Positions 1-9,537 are shown, numbered from the stretch's first letter. The stretch: DNA of 64,000 nucleotides from a virus (IMGVR_UViG_3300011989_000010:23880-87879); one strand, 5' to 3'. Notes: generated by a model from the sequence alone, not told the origin. Numbers and translations are program-made.

Positions 1-198
1 ATTGTAAAACATTATAGTTATTATATTAATTTTTGTAATAAAGAATTGCATCAAGTTAAAAGAATTACACCGCATATAGATTCCATTAAATTAGAAAAAA
101 TCAAAAATGTTAAACACATTGGCCAGAAAGAAACTTTTGACATTACTGTTGATAATGACAATTCTAATTTCTTTGCAAACGGTATTGTGACCCATAAC
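1..198 (+). mobile_element. C-terminal part of an intein in the portal protein
   Basis: Intein block F/G pattern KIKNVKHIGQKETFDITVDNDNSNFFANGIVTHN, with His-Asn at 193-198 followed by Cys (199-201) as the first C-extein residue. Confidence 0.9.
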
Positions 199-1548
199 TG
201 TTCATATCTGAACGGGGCGAGACGGCACTGGCGAATGCTAAGCCTCATGGAGGACTTAATGCTGATATATCGTCTTGAGCGTTCTATTGAAAGACGTGTC
301 TATAAAATTTACGTTGGTGCAATTGATGATGCCGATGTCCAAGCATACGTAGAAAACATTGCAAACAATTTTAAGAGGACACCTATTATAGATCCTATGA
401 CAGGGCAGCTAGATTTAAGGAAGAATATCCTTTCGTGCGATCAAGATATTTTTATTCCTGTACGTGACCAAAATGCACCTACACCTATTGATACTTTGTC
501 AGCCGCTCAGAATTTGACTGCAATGGATGACATTAAGTTTGTTCAGGATAAGGTTTGCACTGCGTTGAGAATCCCTAAGACTTTCTTGAACTTTGAGGAA
601 GCGCAAGGAAATGGAAATAACCTTGCTTTGGAGGATATACGTTTCACACGTACAGTTAATAGAATTCAACAGGCTTTCTTGATGGAGTTGACAAAGGTTG
701 CAAGTATTCACCTTTATCTTTTAGGCTTTACTGATGACCTTACAAACTTCAATCTTACGATGAACAACCCATCAACTCAGGCTGAACAACTTGAAATTGA
801 TAACCTTCAGAAGAAGATTACTGCTGCACGTGATGCAATATCAGACCCAGGTAATGGTATTCCAATCATGTCTCAAACAAGGGCATTGAAGGAGATTATG
901 AAATGGTCAGAAAAGGATATTAAAGATAACCTTGAAGAAATTCGTCTTGAAAAGGGTATCGCTGCCGAACTTGAAAAAACATCGCAAATCATCAAGAGAA
1001 CTGGTTTATTTGATACCGTTGATAGAATGTACGGAGAACCAGGTGCTGAATACCAAGATGATGTTCAGCAACAAGGAGACCAAATGGGCGGAGGAGGTCT
1101 CGGAGGAGGCGGAGGCGCTCCAATGGGCGGAGGTGACTTCGGTTCAGACCTTGATGACTTAGGTGCTCCTGATAGTGACGAGAATGGTGATATTGCAGGT
1201 GCTGAAGGCTCAGAACCAACTGCTGATATGGAAAGTGGTACTGACACAGGAGGTGGTGATGAGACAGAAGGTAATCCAATGGAATCACGTAGAGGCAGAA
1301 AGCCAATTCTTGCTGAAGCAAAACGAAAAATGTATAAAAAACTAATCAAAGAATCAGAACAAAAGGCTGACCAATTATTCTCACAATATCTAAAACGTTT
1401 GGATGAGGCAAACGAAAAGAAGAAACAGGAAACTTCAATTGAAAAGGCAGACATTTATGATAAATCATTAATGATTAATGAAGAGTTTAACAAAATGTTA
1501 AATGGACTTGATAAAAAGTTAAATGAAGATAACGAAAAGGCGGATTAA
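1..1548 (+). CDS. gp20: T4 gp20-like portal vertex protein, 5' truncated by the window edge, interrupted by an intein
   Basis: Frame is open from base 1. After the intein junction it reads CSYLNGARRHWRMLSLMEDLMLIYRLERSIERRVYKIYVG...NPSTQAEQLEI, typical of the gp20 portal core. Acidic Gly-rich C-terminal tail. Lies upstream of the protease, scaffold and capsid genes. Confidence 0.9.
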   Translation: MVKHYSYYINFCNKELHQVKRITPHIDSIKLEKIKNVKHIGQKETFDITVDNDNSNFFANGIVTHNCSYLNGARRHWRMLSLMEDLMLIYRLERSIERRVYKIYVGAIDDADVQAYVENIANNFKRTPIIDPMTGQLDLRKNILSCDQDIFIPVRDQNAPTPIDTLSAAQNLTAMDDIKFVQDKVCTALRIPKTFLNFEEAQGNGNNLALEDIRFTRTVNRIQQAFLMELTKVASIHLYLLGFTDDLTNFNLTMNNPSTQAEQLEIDNLQKKITAARDAISDPGNGIPIMSQTRALKEIMKWSEKDIKDNLEEIRLEKGIAAELEKTSQIIKRTGLFDTVDRMYGEPGAEYQDDVQQQGDQMGGGGLGGGGGAPMGGGDFGSDLDDLGAPDSDENGDIAGAEGSEPTADMESGTDTGGGDETEGNPMESRRGRKPILAEAKRKMYKKLIKESEQKADQLFSQYLKRLDEANEKKKQETSIEKADIYDKSLMINEEFNKMLNGLDKKLNEDNEKAD

Positions 1549-1564
1549 TCATCCGCCTTTTTTT
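1535..1564 (+). terminator. Rho-independent terminator after the portal gene
   Basis: AAAAGGCGGA-ttaatca-TCCGCCTTTT followed by a T run. Confidence 0.85.
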
Positions 1565-1604
1565 ATTAACAAGAAATATTTATTAAATAATAAAACGTTT
1601 TATA

Positions 1605-2552
1605 ATGGAAAATAATAGTAAACAATTTCTTTCACAATTAGAGAAGGGCTATAAAGGTTTGGCTGCTGCGTTAAAGAAGAATGATGCAGAGATTGCTGAT
1701 ACTTGGTTTAGAAGGCTTCAGAAAGATTATGAGGAATACAAAAATGATATAGAGTATCAGGATAGTGTCACTAATTCAACTGTTGGCGAAATGGGTACAA
1801 TGTTCGAGTCAGAACTTCCAAAACTTTTCGTTAAGAACAAAAGGGCAGTTGGAGAAATAACAAGACTTATCAAAGAGGATGCAAATATCAAGTCTCAGTT
1901 GCAGTTCTTTGAGGCAATGAAGAATTATGATGGTGTTGCTGATGCAAAAGAATATATTAAGGAATCAGTGGAGTTGGCTTCCAAAAATATCAATCTTAAT
2001 ACCTTGAAGGAATCTAATGATAAGTTTGCTAAGTTAATTATTAAATATGGTGTTAAAGGTGAGGATGAAATTAATGAGAGCAAGAGTGCTTTTTTTAATG
2101 CAGGTACTTATCTTCTGACACATAAAAAGAAATTAAATAATCTTTCTCAGATTTCAGCAAATAGAAACATTGTGGAGTCATATATTAATGACCATAAGAA
2201 AACCATTCAGGAGGATAGAATTAACATCAAGAAACTAACTGAGGATTTCGACAAGAAGATGGCTATGCTCAATGAGGATGAACGTGCTTTGGTTAATGAC
2301 ATTATCAATTCAAGGTCTTCAGTTGCTGAGAAGAGGCAGATTAAGTTCTTTAACGACTTGAAGGAAAAGTGTCTTGATAAGATTAACAGGATGATTACCG
2401 AATCAAGTGATGAGGATAGAGAAGGTTTGGAATCCATCAAGGAAGAGATTGCATCAATGCAGTATTGCAAGGAAACTATTATTAAAGATACTGCAAAATT
2501 GCTTGAAGTTGGTGCAGTTTTATCTGATAATGATAACAAAAAGTTTTTTTAA
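1605..2552 (+). CDS. Hypothetical protein in the head module (helical, many I/LxE motifs)
   Basis: 315-aa ORF with phage codon usage and TATTTAT at 1577-1583. Confidence 0.75.
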   Translation: MENNSKQFLSQLEKGYKGLAAALKKNDAEIADTWFRRLQKDYEEYKNDIEYQDSVTNSTVGEMGTMFESELPKLFVKNKRAVGEITRLIKEDANIKSQLQFFEAMKNYDGVADAKEYIKESVELASKNINLNTLKESNDKFAKLIIKYGVKGEDEINESKSAFFNAGTYLLTHKKKLNNLSQISANRNIVESYINDHKKTIQEDRINIKKLTEDFDKKMAMLNEDERALVNDIINSRSSVAEKRQIKFFNDLKEKCLDKINRMITESSDEDREGLESIKEEIASMQYCKETIIKDTAKLLEVGAVLSDNDNKKFF

Positions 2553-2637
2553 TTGAAAACTCAATAAATTCACTAAGTCTTTAGCTTATTGACGCTTTCA
2601 TTATTTTTATTATTTTTTATATAGAATGGCATAAATA

Positions 2638-3066
2638 ATGAAAAGATTAAATAAAGAATACATTTTAGATTTTTCTAATGATATTGACGTTAGATTTGGC
2701 TCAGTGAACAAGGATGACCCAAAAGTAATTTATCTTTCAGGTAAGTGTTGGGTATCACCTAAATTTGAAGACGATTATAGCAATATTTTTGAGACAATTA
2801 AAAGGGACTTTAAACATTCGATTTCAACGTTCCTTTTTGGTAACAATTATTATTCAAGCAGATTTATTTTAGACTTTGACATTAATTGTGATGGGCTGAA
2901 AATGAATCAGAAAAAATTCTTGTCATTTAATATATTTTTTAGACAGGCAAATCAGCCACCTTGTAAATTAACTAATGAATCTTTATCAGATAATTTTTCA
3001 AGTTTGGTTAATTCTTTACTGAGGTCTTTAAGAGAAAATGAATTTTCGGTTTCTAAACATAAATAA
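2638..3066 (+). CDS. Hypothetical protein
   Basis: 142-aa ORF, co-oriented with neighbours, AT-rich leader. Confidence 0.7.
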   Translation: MKRLNKEYILDFSNDIDVRFGSVNKDDPKVIYLSGKCWVSPKFEDDYSNIFETIKRDFKHSISTFLFGNNYYSSRFILDFDINCDGLKMNQKKFLSFNIFFRQANQPPCKLTNESLSDNFSSLVNSLLRSLRENEFSVSKHK

Positions 3067-3092
3067 GAACTATTTATAAGGAAAAATACATT

Positions 3093-3533
3093 ATGAAAAG
3101 GATTATAAGATTAACCGAAAGTGACTTGCATAGAATCATTGAAAATTCTATTAATACCGTATTAAATGAAATAGGTGATACAGACAGTGGTAAGGATGCC
3201 ATTGCACAGGTACAGGGTAGAGCTGCTGCAAGAATAATGAAAGACCCTTCACATGCTGCCAAATATCAGAAAACATATAATGATGCTGAAAACAGACTTA
3301 AAGGTCAGAAAAACGGAAAAGGCTTCCAAAAAGGTTTTCAGAAAGGTATAAAAGAGGCAAAAAATGATGATATTGAAAACGGCATAGATAATGACTTTGA
3401 CTTATATAATGATGACGGGACATATGATTATACTGAAACACCTGATTATGATTCATTGTATGGGGATATGAGTGATGATGATATGCAGCAGTATATGGAT
3501 GATGCAGATGCTGACAGATTTATAAACTTATAG
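3093..3533 (+). CDS. Small protein with MKRIIRLTESDLHRIIENS leader and acidic tail (candidate internal head protein)
   Basis: Leader nearly identical to that of 19927..20262. TATTTAT at 3071-3077. The TAG stop spans the IS left junction (T|AG). Confidence 0.75.
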   Translation: MKRIIRLTESDLHRIIENSINTVLNEIGDTDSGKDAIAQVQGRAAARIMKDPSHAAKYQKTYNDAENRLKGQKNGKGFQKGFQKGIKEAKNDDIENGIDNDFDLYNDDGTYDYTETPDYDSLYGDMSDDDMQQYMDDADADRFINL

Positions 3534-4869
3534 CCAAGAAAACCCACAAGTCTTCAGGTTGTTGGATGAATTGGCTATTAATAAATATAATTTAAAAAAT
3601 ATAACTATATATTTATTTAATTCATATTTTTTGTATATATTTGTATATATAAAATAACTTTTATGAGGTACAAGGCTTATAAATATAGAATTTATCCTAA
3701 TAAGAAACAGCAGGAACTGATAAACAAACATATCGGTTGCTGCCGCTATGTCTATAACCTTTGCCTTGAAAAGAAAATTAATGCTTATAAGACTTCGAAG
3801 AAAAGCATTTCATGCTTTGAACTTATTAAACTACTTCCTGCTCTAAAGAAAGAGCAAGAAACGTCTTTCCTTAAAGAAGTAAACTCTCTATCACTTCAGG
3901 CTGCAATTCGTAACCTTGATAGTGCGTACCAAAGGTTCTTTAAGGAGAAGAAAGGTTTCCCAAAGTTCAAGTCAAAAAGGAATGCAAGGCAATCTTTTCA
4001 AATCGTACAGAATACTACTGTTGACTTTGACAAGAAGAAGGTTTATATTCCCAAATTTAAAGATGGCATTAAATGTAGATTTCATAGGTTCTTTGATGGG
4101 AAGATTAAAACTTCTACCATATCAAGAACATCAACAGGTAGGTATTATATATCCATTTTAGTACAGTTTGATGAAGACAATCCAAGTAAGAAGCCCATTG
4201 ACGAGAACAAAGCAGTGGGAATCGACTTGGGCATCAAGACTTTTGCCACGCTATCCAATGGAGAAGAAATACCAAATCCAAAGAATTTAAAGAATGCATT
4301 GGTCAGACTGAAAAGACTTCAGAAAAGGTTATCAAAAAAGACCAAGGGTTCAAACAATCGTGATAAGGCAAGAAAGGTTCTTGCTTGTCAGTATGAAAGA
4401 GTGACCAATAGGAGAAATGACTTCCTTGAAAAAGTCACTCATCAATTGGTTACAAATTACGATACCATTTGTTTGGAAACCTTGTCTGCAAGGAATATGA
4501 TGAAAAATCATCATCTTGCGCAAGCCTTGTCAGATATTGCCATTGGTAGGTTTAATGAACTCATTGAGCAAAAAGCCGAATGGTACGGTGTAAACATCTT
4601 GCGTATTGGTAGATTTGAACCAAGTAGTAAGATGTGTTCCTGCGGCTATGTCTATAGAGATTTGAAGTTATCTCAACGTGTTTGGACTTGTCCAAATTGT
4701 GGAAGGACAAACCAGAGAGACTTGCTTGCGGCCAACAACATAAAGGCCTTTGCATTCAATAAACGGCATAATACCGCAGGAACTGCGGAAATTCACGCTT
4801 GTGGAGATATGAACCTCAAAGAGGTTCAGCCCAAGAAGCCCATAAGTCTTTAGCTTATGGGTAGTTCAC
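3532..4869 (+). mobile_element. Non-autonomous IS200/IS605-family element (tnpB only, no tnpA)
   Basis: Left end begins AGCCAAG-AAAA-CCCACAAGTCTTCAGGTTGTTGG after target TTAT (3528-3531). Right end has GAAG, then hairpin CCCATAAG-TCTTTAG-CTTATGGG (4839-4861), and finishes in TCAC (4866-4869). AAAA/TTAT and GAAG/TCAC fit the IS608-type guide/cleavage tetranucleotide rule. Confidence 0.88.
3663..4853 (+). CDS. tnpB: TnpB RNA-guided endonuclease (IS605 OrfB)
   Basis: N-terminal KAYKYRIYPN...GCCRYVYN. RuvC residues GIDLG, ICLETL and RDLLAANNI are intact. Zinc finger CSCG...CPNCG. Confidence 0.95.
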   Translation: MRYKAYKYRIYPNKKQQELINKHIGCCRYVYNLCLEKKINAYKTSKKSISCFELIKLLPALKKEQETSFLKEVNSLSLQAAIRNLDSAYQRFFKEKKGFPKFKSKRNARQSFQIVQNTTVDFDKKKVYIPKFKDGIKCRFHRFFDGKIKTSTISRTSTGRYYISILVQFDEDNPSKKPIDENKAVGIDLGIKTFATLSNGEEIPNPKNLKNALVRLKRLQKRLSKKTKGSNNRDKARKVLACQYERVTNRRNDFLEKVTHQLVTNYDTICLETLSARNMMKNHHLAQALSDIAIGRFNELIEQKAEWYGVNILRIGRFEPSSKMCSCGYVYRDLKLSQRVWTCPNCGRTNQRDLLAANNIKAFAFNKRHNTAGTAEIHACGDMNLKEVQPKKPISL

Positions 4870-4886
4870 TACCTTTATATTCTGAT
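4770..4886 (+). ncRNA. Predicted omegaRNA (reRNA) of the IS605 tnpB plus flank-derived guide; boundaries approximate
   Basis: Hairpins CCGCAG-GAA-CTGCGG (4774-4788), TGAACCTC-AAA-GAGGTTCA (4810-4828) and the right-end hairpin overlap the tnpB 3' end. Predicted guide starts at 4870 (TACCTTTATATTCTGAT). Confidence 0.7.
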
Positions 4887-4957
4887 AATAATTCTAATTC
4901 AGGATGTTCAATAGATAATTGCTCTTTAAATTCTTCAGTTGTTTTCTTTTTAGGCAT
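4850..4957 (-). pseudogene. 5' fragment of a free-standing endonuclease-type gene cut off by the IS right end
   Basis: Reads MPKKKTTEEFKEQLSIEHPELELLSEYKG, then runs into IS sequence and stops. Same TTEEF...YKG pattern as 58868..60037. A TAnnTTTG box lies upstream at 4986-4993 on the minus strand. Confidence 0.65.
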
Positions 4958-5027
4958 AAAAAATATTTATTTATATAATATATTGCAAATATATAAATAA
5001 ATATATTTAGGTGATAGTTTTTGAACT

Positions 5028-5735
5028 TTAATTTTTCAAGATTCGTTGAATTTTTTGTATTTTTTCATTTATAACATTTTTTTTAGGATTCATTTCTTTA
5101 CTTTCTACCCAAGATTCAAGACCTTCATGGCCATTCATGGTAATATACGCATTATTTGTTGACGGGTCTGAAACTATGTCCCAGCATATTAATTCAAAGT
5201 CGGACCCAACTATATAAGTTCCCAATTTATTTTCAACTGAGCCTACACCTCTTGAAGACACTCCAATCTTATAACCATTAAGCAAAAGATTTGCTGCCAT
5301 ATCACCCATAGTTGAAACAATGCCTTCGTTTACGAAACCTTGTGAAATGTTCAATTCCATCTTGCCAACGAGGGTATGACCTTCCCAATGTAATTCAATA
5401 ATATTGTGAGAAATTCTGCCCAAGTCAATTGTAGATTCTGCTGGATGATTTAATTCACCATATGCTCGATGCTCAGCAATTTTCTGCTGATAAGCCTCAA
5501 CTTGTCTTTTAAGTACATTTTCAGGGTAAATACGACCATTTGCATTCTTTATATCAAACTTCTGAAAAACTGCGTCAATTACAAATGGATAAGGTACGTG
5601 CCATCCACCATCAGCAACACCTTCCTTAATGGTTCTATTATTCCCTTCATTAAGTGAGATGTAGCCATCGTTATCTATAATAAGACCTGTACCTGTCTTA
5701 CCCTTTTTTATTTCTACTAATTCGTTTTTATCCAT
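5028..5735 (-). CDS. gp21: T4 gp21-like prohead core protease
   Basis: Motifs NANGRIYP, AYGELNHP, IGVSSRGVGS and DIVSDPS. Likely start is MDKNEL at 5735 rather than 5831. Confidence 0.93.
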   Translation of the reverse strand: MDKNELVEIKKGKTGTGLIIDNDGYISLNEGNNRTIKEGVADGGWHVPYPFVIDAVFQKFDIKNANGRIYPENVLKRQVEAYQQKIAEHRAYGELNHPAESTIDLGRISHNIIELHWEGHTLVGKMELNISQGFVNEGIVSTMGDMAANLLLNGYKIGVSSRGVGSVENKLGTYIVGSDFELICWDIVSDPSTNNAYITMNGHEGLESWVESKEMNPKKNVINEKIQKIQRILKN

Positions 5736-5975
5736 AATATGATATTTATAACTATAAATATATAATAAATATATCTTTGAAATTATAAAATTAGTGTAAA
5801 TAAAAATCATTTTATATTTATTACAGAGCAAGAAAACTAACTCAATAAATAAAAAATAGAAAAATCGCTGATATTATTAGGTTTTTTGAAGTATTTATTA
5901 ATGATAAAAAATAATTTTTTTTGGTTTAGTAATATATTTATATATAAAATAACTTAACAATTCATTTTTTTCATA

Positions 5976-7508
5976 ATGAAGAATAATAAAATAAGAAGCA
6001 AAGTTGTAAAGGAATCTTTATTGGACTATAACAATCTTGCTAATACATTGAAAGAGAATACAACTGCTGCCGTTAGGGATTTACTTTCCGAGGCAGTACG
6101 TGATACATATTCTAAGATTCTTACCGAGGATGACGAGGATAAGGATTATGATGTAGAGGAAGTGGATGATACTGATTCTGGAACGAGTGGCGATGCAGAC
6201 GCAACAGTAGATGATACTGACGCAGAAGGCTCTGACGATGTGGATGCTGTGGATGTTGATGACACTGAAGACAGTGGTGACACCGAAGATGTTGATGACA
6301 CTGAGGACGACGGTGAAATGACTGACGAAGTACCTGCTGAAGGTGAGGGCGAAGACGGTGATGAATGGTCTCAATTCGACAAGTACAAGGTTTCAGATGA
6401 CGAGTATGACTTCTCAAATGCGGAAGACGATGAAATCGTAAAAGTTTACAAGTTATTGAACAATGATGACCAAGTAATCGTTAATAAGAGTGATGATAAT
6501 AAGGTCAACATTAAGGATAACGAAACAGGCGCTGAGTATCTTATTGACTTAGGTGACGATGGCGCATCAGAAGATTTCGGTGGTGCTGAAGATGATTTTG
6601 GAGGTGATGACACTGGTTTCGATGATGAAGATGACTTTGATAACGAAGAAGATAACGATATGAATGAATCTAGAATTTATGAAATAGCACTTGATGAATA
6701 TGATTCTCATGTTGGCTATACTGATAATTATCAGAGCAAGGACGTATTAGACACAAAGGGCGTTCCTGTCGCAGACGACAAGGACAGTAACGATTGGGGT
6801 TCTAAGGGTCTTAAGGATAGAGGCAACAGAAAGCCTTGGTCAGGAAAGAGAAATAACGCAAGCGAAAATCAGCCATTTACTGCTAGTAAGGGTAAGACTG
6901 TAGAAGAGGAAGATGACATCGAAGGCGGCGATGCAGAAGCAGCAATCTCAGAGAGTGCTGGCGAGTGTGGCGCTAAGATGGGTGCTAAACGTAGAATGAG
7001 AGGTACTAAGTCTCACAATCCAAATACAGGTGATGATGAAATCCCTTATGTTTCAAGCCATGCTTCAGTAGCAGGTGAATATAAGGGTAGTAAGGCTGAT
7101 AAGTCTTATGGAAGTAAGGTTGAGTCAGTTATGCGTAAGGCTAACAAGATTTTCGCAGAAAACAAAGAACTTAAATCTGCACTTGGCAAATTTAAGAACG
7201 TACTCGAAGAGGCTGCGGTTACGAACGTCAACCTTGGCCAGATTATCAAGTTGATTTCTGAAAACACAACATCTCAGAATGAGAAGAAGGAAATCATCGC
7301 ACGATTTGGCAAAGAGGCTAAGACAGTTGAGCAGTCTAAGAACTTGTACGAATCAATCTCAAGAGATTTGCAGAAGAAGAATACCATGAATCTTGACGAA
7401 GGAAAGCAGTACGGAGTTGAGGGTTCTAAGCAAATCAACGAGACACAAATCTATCAGTCAAAGGATTTACTTGATTCACTTGACTTAATGCATAGACTTT
7501 GTAAGTAA
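5976..7508 (+). CDS. gp22: Prohead scaffold/core protein (gp22-like position), very acidic
   Basis: Directly upstream of the capsid gene. D/E-rich, many (I/L)xE sites, coiled-coil C-terminus. TATTTAT at 5935-5941. Confidence 0.75.
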   Translation: MKNNKIRSKVVKESLLDYNNLANTLKENTTAAVRDLLSEAVRDTYSKILTEDDEDKDYDVEEVDDTDSGTSGDADATVDDTDAEGSDDVDAVDVDDTEDSGDTEDVDDTEDDGEMTDEVPAEGEGEDGDEWSQFDKYKVSDDEYDFSNAEDDEIVKVYKLLNNDDQVIVNKSDDNKVNIKDNETGAEYLIDLGDDGASEDFGGAEDDFGGDDTGFDDEDDFDNEEDNDMNESRIYEIALDEYDSHVGYTDNYQSKDVLDTKGVPVADDKDSNDWGSKGLKDRGNRKPWSGKRNNASENQPFTASKGKTVEEEDDIEGGDAEAAISESAGECGAKMGAKRRMRGTKSHNPNTGDDEIPYVSSHASVAGEYKGSKADKSYGSKVESVMRKANKIFAENKELKSALGKFKNVLEEAAVTNVNLGQIIKLISENTTSQNEKKEIIARFGKEAKTVEQSKNLYESISRDLQKKNTMNLDEGKQYGVEGSKQINETQIYQSKDLLDSLDLMHRLCK

Positions 7509-7554
7509 AACGAAAAAATAAATTAAAATTTTTATTAATAAAAATCTTTTATAA

Positions 7555-9537
7555 ATGAGAGAATTTTTAACTAGCGGTCAGGTCGGCAATATCGAGTTGA
7601 ACGCACAAAAGAAGATACGTGAGGACATTCAGAATCGTTGGGACCAGTTAGGTTTCACTGAGGGTCTTGATGGTACAATCAAGGAGAATGTTGCTACATT
7701 GTATGAAAATGAGGCTAAGCACTTGATTTATGAGGCTACTGCTTCTGATAACTCTGGCTCTTTCGAGACTGTAGTTTTCCCAATTATCCGTCGTGTATTC
7801 AGCAAGTTACTTGCTAACGACATTGTATCAGTTCAGGCTATGAACCTTCCTGTTGGTAAGTTGTTCTTCATCCTCCCTGTTACATCAGAGCGTGAGTGGG
7901 AAGTTCCTGCTGATGGCGCGGCTGCCGCAGCTGCTGGTGACATCGTAGATGGTACTACAGGTCGTCATAAGGGTCTTATGGGCTATGACCGTACTAACCG
8001 TAACAAGGAAGGTCGTGTTGAGCCACGTTACTATCTTCCTGATGAGACGGTTGCTGACTTGGAGAAGGATAAGTGGTATGTACCACAGTTGAATCAGACA
8101 CCTGCTGATGCTACTACTTACGATGCAGCATTGAAAGCAGCTAAGGATGCAGGTCTTGGTGTAACTGCTCTTCGTCAGGATGGTCCTGAGGTTACTCAGT
8201 ACTTCGAGAAGAGTCTTTACGACTTGTTCTACAACGACTTCCTTTATGATAATTCTAAGGGTAAGGTAACTATCAAGGTAGGTCAGGCTTCTCTTGCTAA
8301 GTTGACTCCACGTGGTATGGAGGATTTCGCAGCAGGTGATACAGTACAGGTTAACGGTTTCGATGGTACTGTTCGTAACGTAATCCTTAAGGTTTCAGGT
8401 TTCTCTTCATTCAACGCTTCTAAGTTGACTGGTCCTGATGGTAACGAGATGGACACTGAAGGTTTCTTGGCTTCATTGAAGGTTATTACAACTGAAGCTA
8501 TTGCATCTACAGGTGTTGAGGGTGCAAGTGGTGTTACTACTGCATCGTTCAAGAAGTATGAAGCAGTTCCTTTCCGTGTTGCTACTCAGAAATATGGCAA
8601 GGGTATCGTAGAGTATGGTAATGCTTGCGATGCTGAAGGTAATATGTATCTTGAACTTGACCTTGCTAAACCAGTTGTTCAGCAGGCAGGTACAATTGAT
8701 GGTTATGTAGGTGTTGCACCTACTGCTATCACAGATGCATCAATGTTCAAGGTTGCTTGGGCACAGTATGACTCACTTGAGTTGGAGACTGAGATTGGTG
8801 AGGTTTCATTCAAGTTGGATTCAGTAACTGTCTCAGTTGAGGAGCGTAAGTTACGTGCTACATGGTCTCCAGAGTTGGCACAGGATGTTAGCGCATTCCA
8901 CAACATTGATGCAGAGGCAGAGTTGACTGCTATTCTTTCTGAGCAGATTGCTGCTGAGATTGACCGTGAGATTCTTCGTGACCTTCGTAAGGGTGCACCT
9001 TGGCAGGCTCGTTGGGATGTAAATGGTTGGAGACGTATGGCAGCTTTCTCTACTAACTACACTCAGAAGGATTGGAATCAGGAGTTATTCACAAAGATTA
9101 ATCAGATTTCTGCTCAAATCCACAAGGCTACTCTTCGTGGTGGTGCTAACTTCATCGTAGTATCTTCAGAGATTTCTGCATTGTTCGATAACCTTGAGTA
9201 CTTCCACGTAAGTGATGCATCTGCTGAGTCAGATCAGTACAATATGGGTATTGAGAAGATTGGTTCTTTGAATGGTCGTTATCAGGTATATCGTGACCCG
9301 TATTCTCCACACTGGTCAATCATCATTGGTCACAAGGGTAAGTCACTTCTTGATACAGGTTACATCTATGCACCGTATGTACCAATGCAGTTGACTCCTA
9401 CAATGTACAACCCATTCAACTTTGCTCCTGTAAAAGGCATTATGACCAGGTACGCTAAGAAGATGGTGAACAACAGATATTATGGTCACATTCGTGTCGA
9501 TGGTTTGGTCCATTGGGATATTGCTGAACTTAGATAA
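7555..9537 (+). CDS. gp23: Major capsid protein, T4 gp23-like, with a large internal insertion
   Basis: FPIIRRVFSKLLANDIVSVQAM, RKLRATWSPELAQDVSAFHNIDAEAELTAILSEQIAAEIDREIL, YAPYVPMQLTP, GIMTRYA. Confidence 0.97.
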   Translation: MREFLTSGQVGNIELNAQKKIREDIQNRWDQLGFTEGLDGTIKENVATLYENEAKHLIYEATASDNSGSFETVVFPIIRRVFSKLLANDIVSVQAMNLPVGKLFFILPVTSEREWEVPADGAAAAAAGDIVDGTTGRHKGLMGYDRTNRNKEGRVEPRYYLPDETVADLEKDKWYVPQLNQTPADATTYDAALKAAKDAGLGVTALRQDGPEVTQYFEKSLYDLFYNDFLYDNSKGKVTIKVGQASLAKLTPRGMEDFAAGDTVQVNGFDGTVRNVILKVSGFSSFNASKLTGPDGNEMDTEGFLASLKVITTEAIASTGVEGASGVTTASFKKYEAVPFRVATQKYGKGIVEYGNACDAEGNMYLELDLAKPVVQQAGTIDGYVGVAPTAITDASMFKVAWAQYDSLELETEIGEVSFKLDSVTVSVEERKLRATWSPELAQDVSAFHNIDAEAELTAILSEQIAAEIDREILRDLRKGAPWQARWDVNGWRRMAAFSTNYTQKDWNQELFTKINQISAQIHKATLRGGANFIVVSSEISALFDNLEYFHVSDASAESDQYNMGIEKIGSLNGRYQVYRDPYSPHWSIIIGHKGKSLLDTGYIYAPYVPMQLTPTMYNPFNFAPVKGIMTRYAKKMVNNRYYGHIRVDGLVHWDIAELR

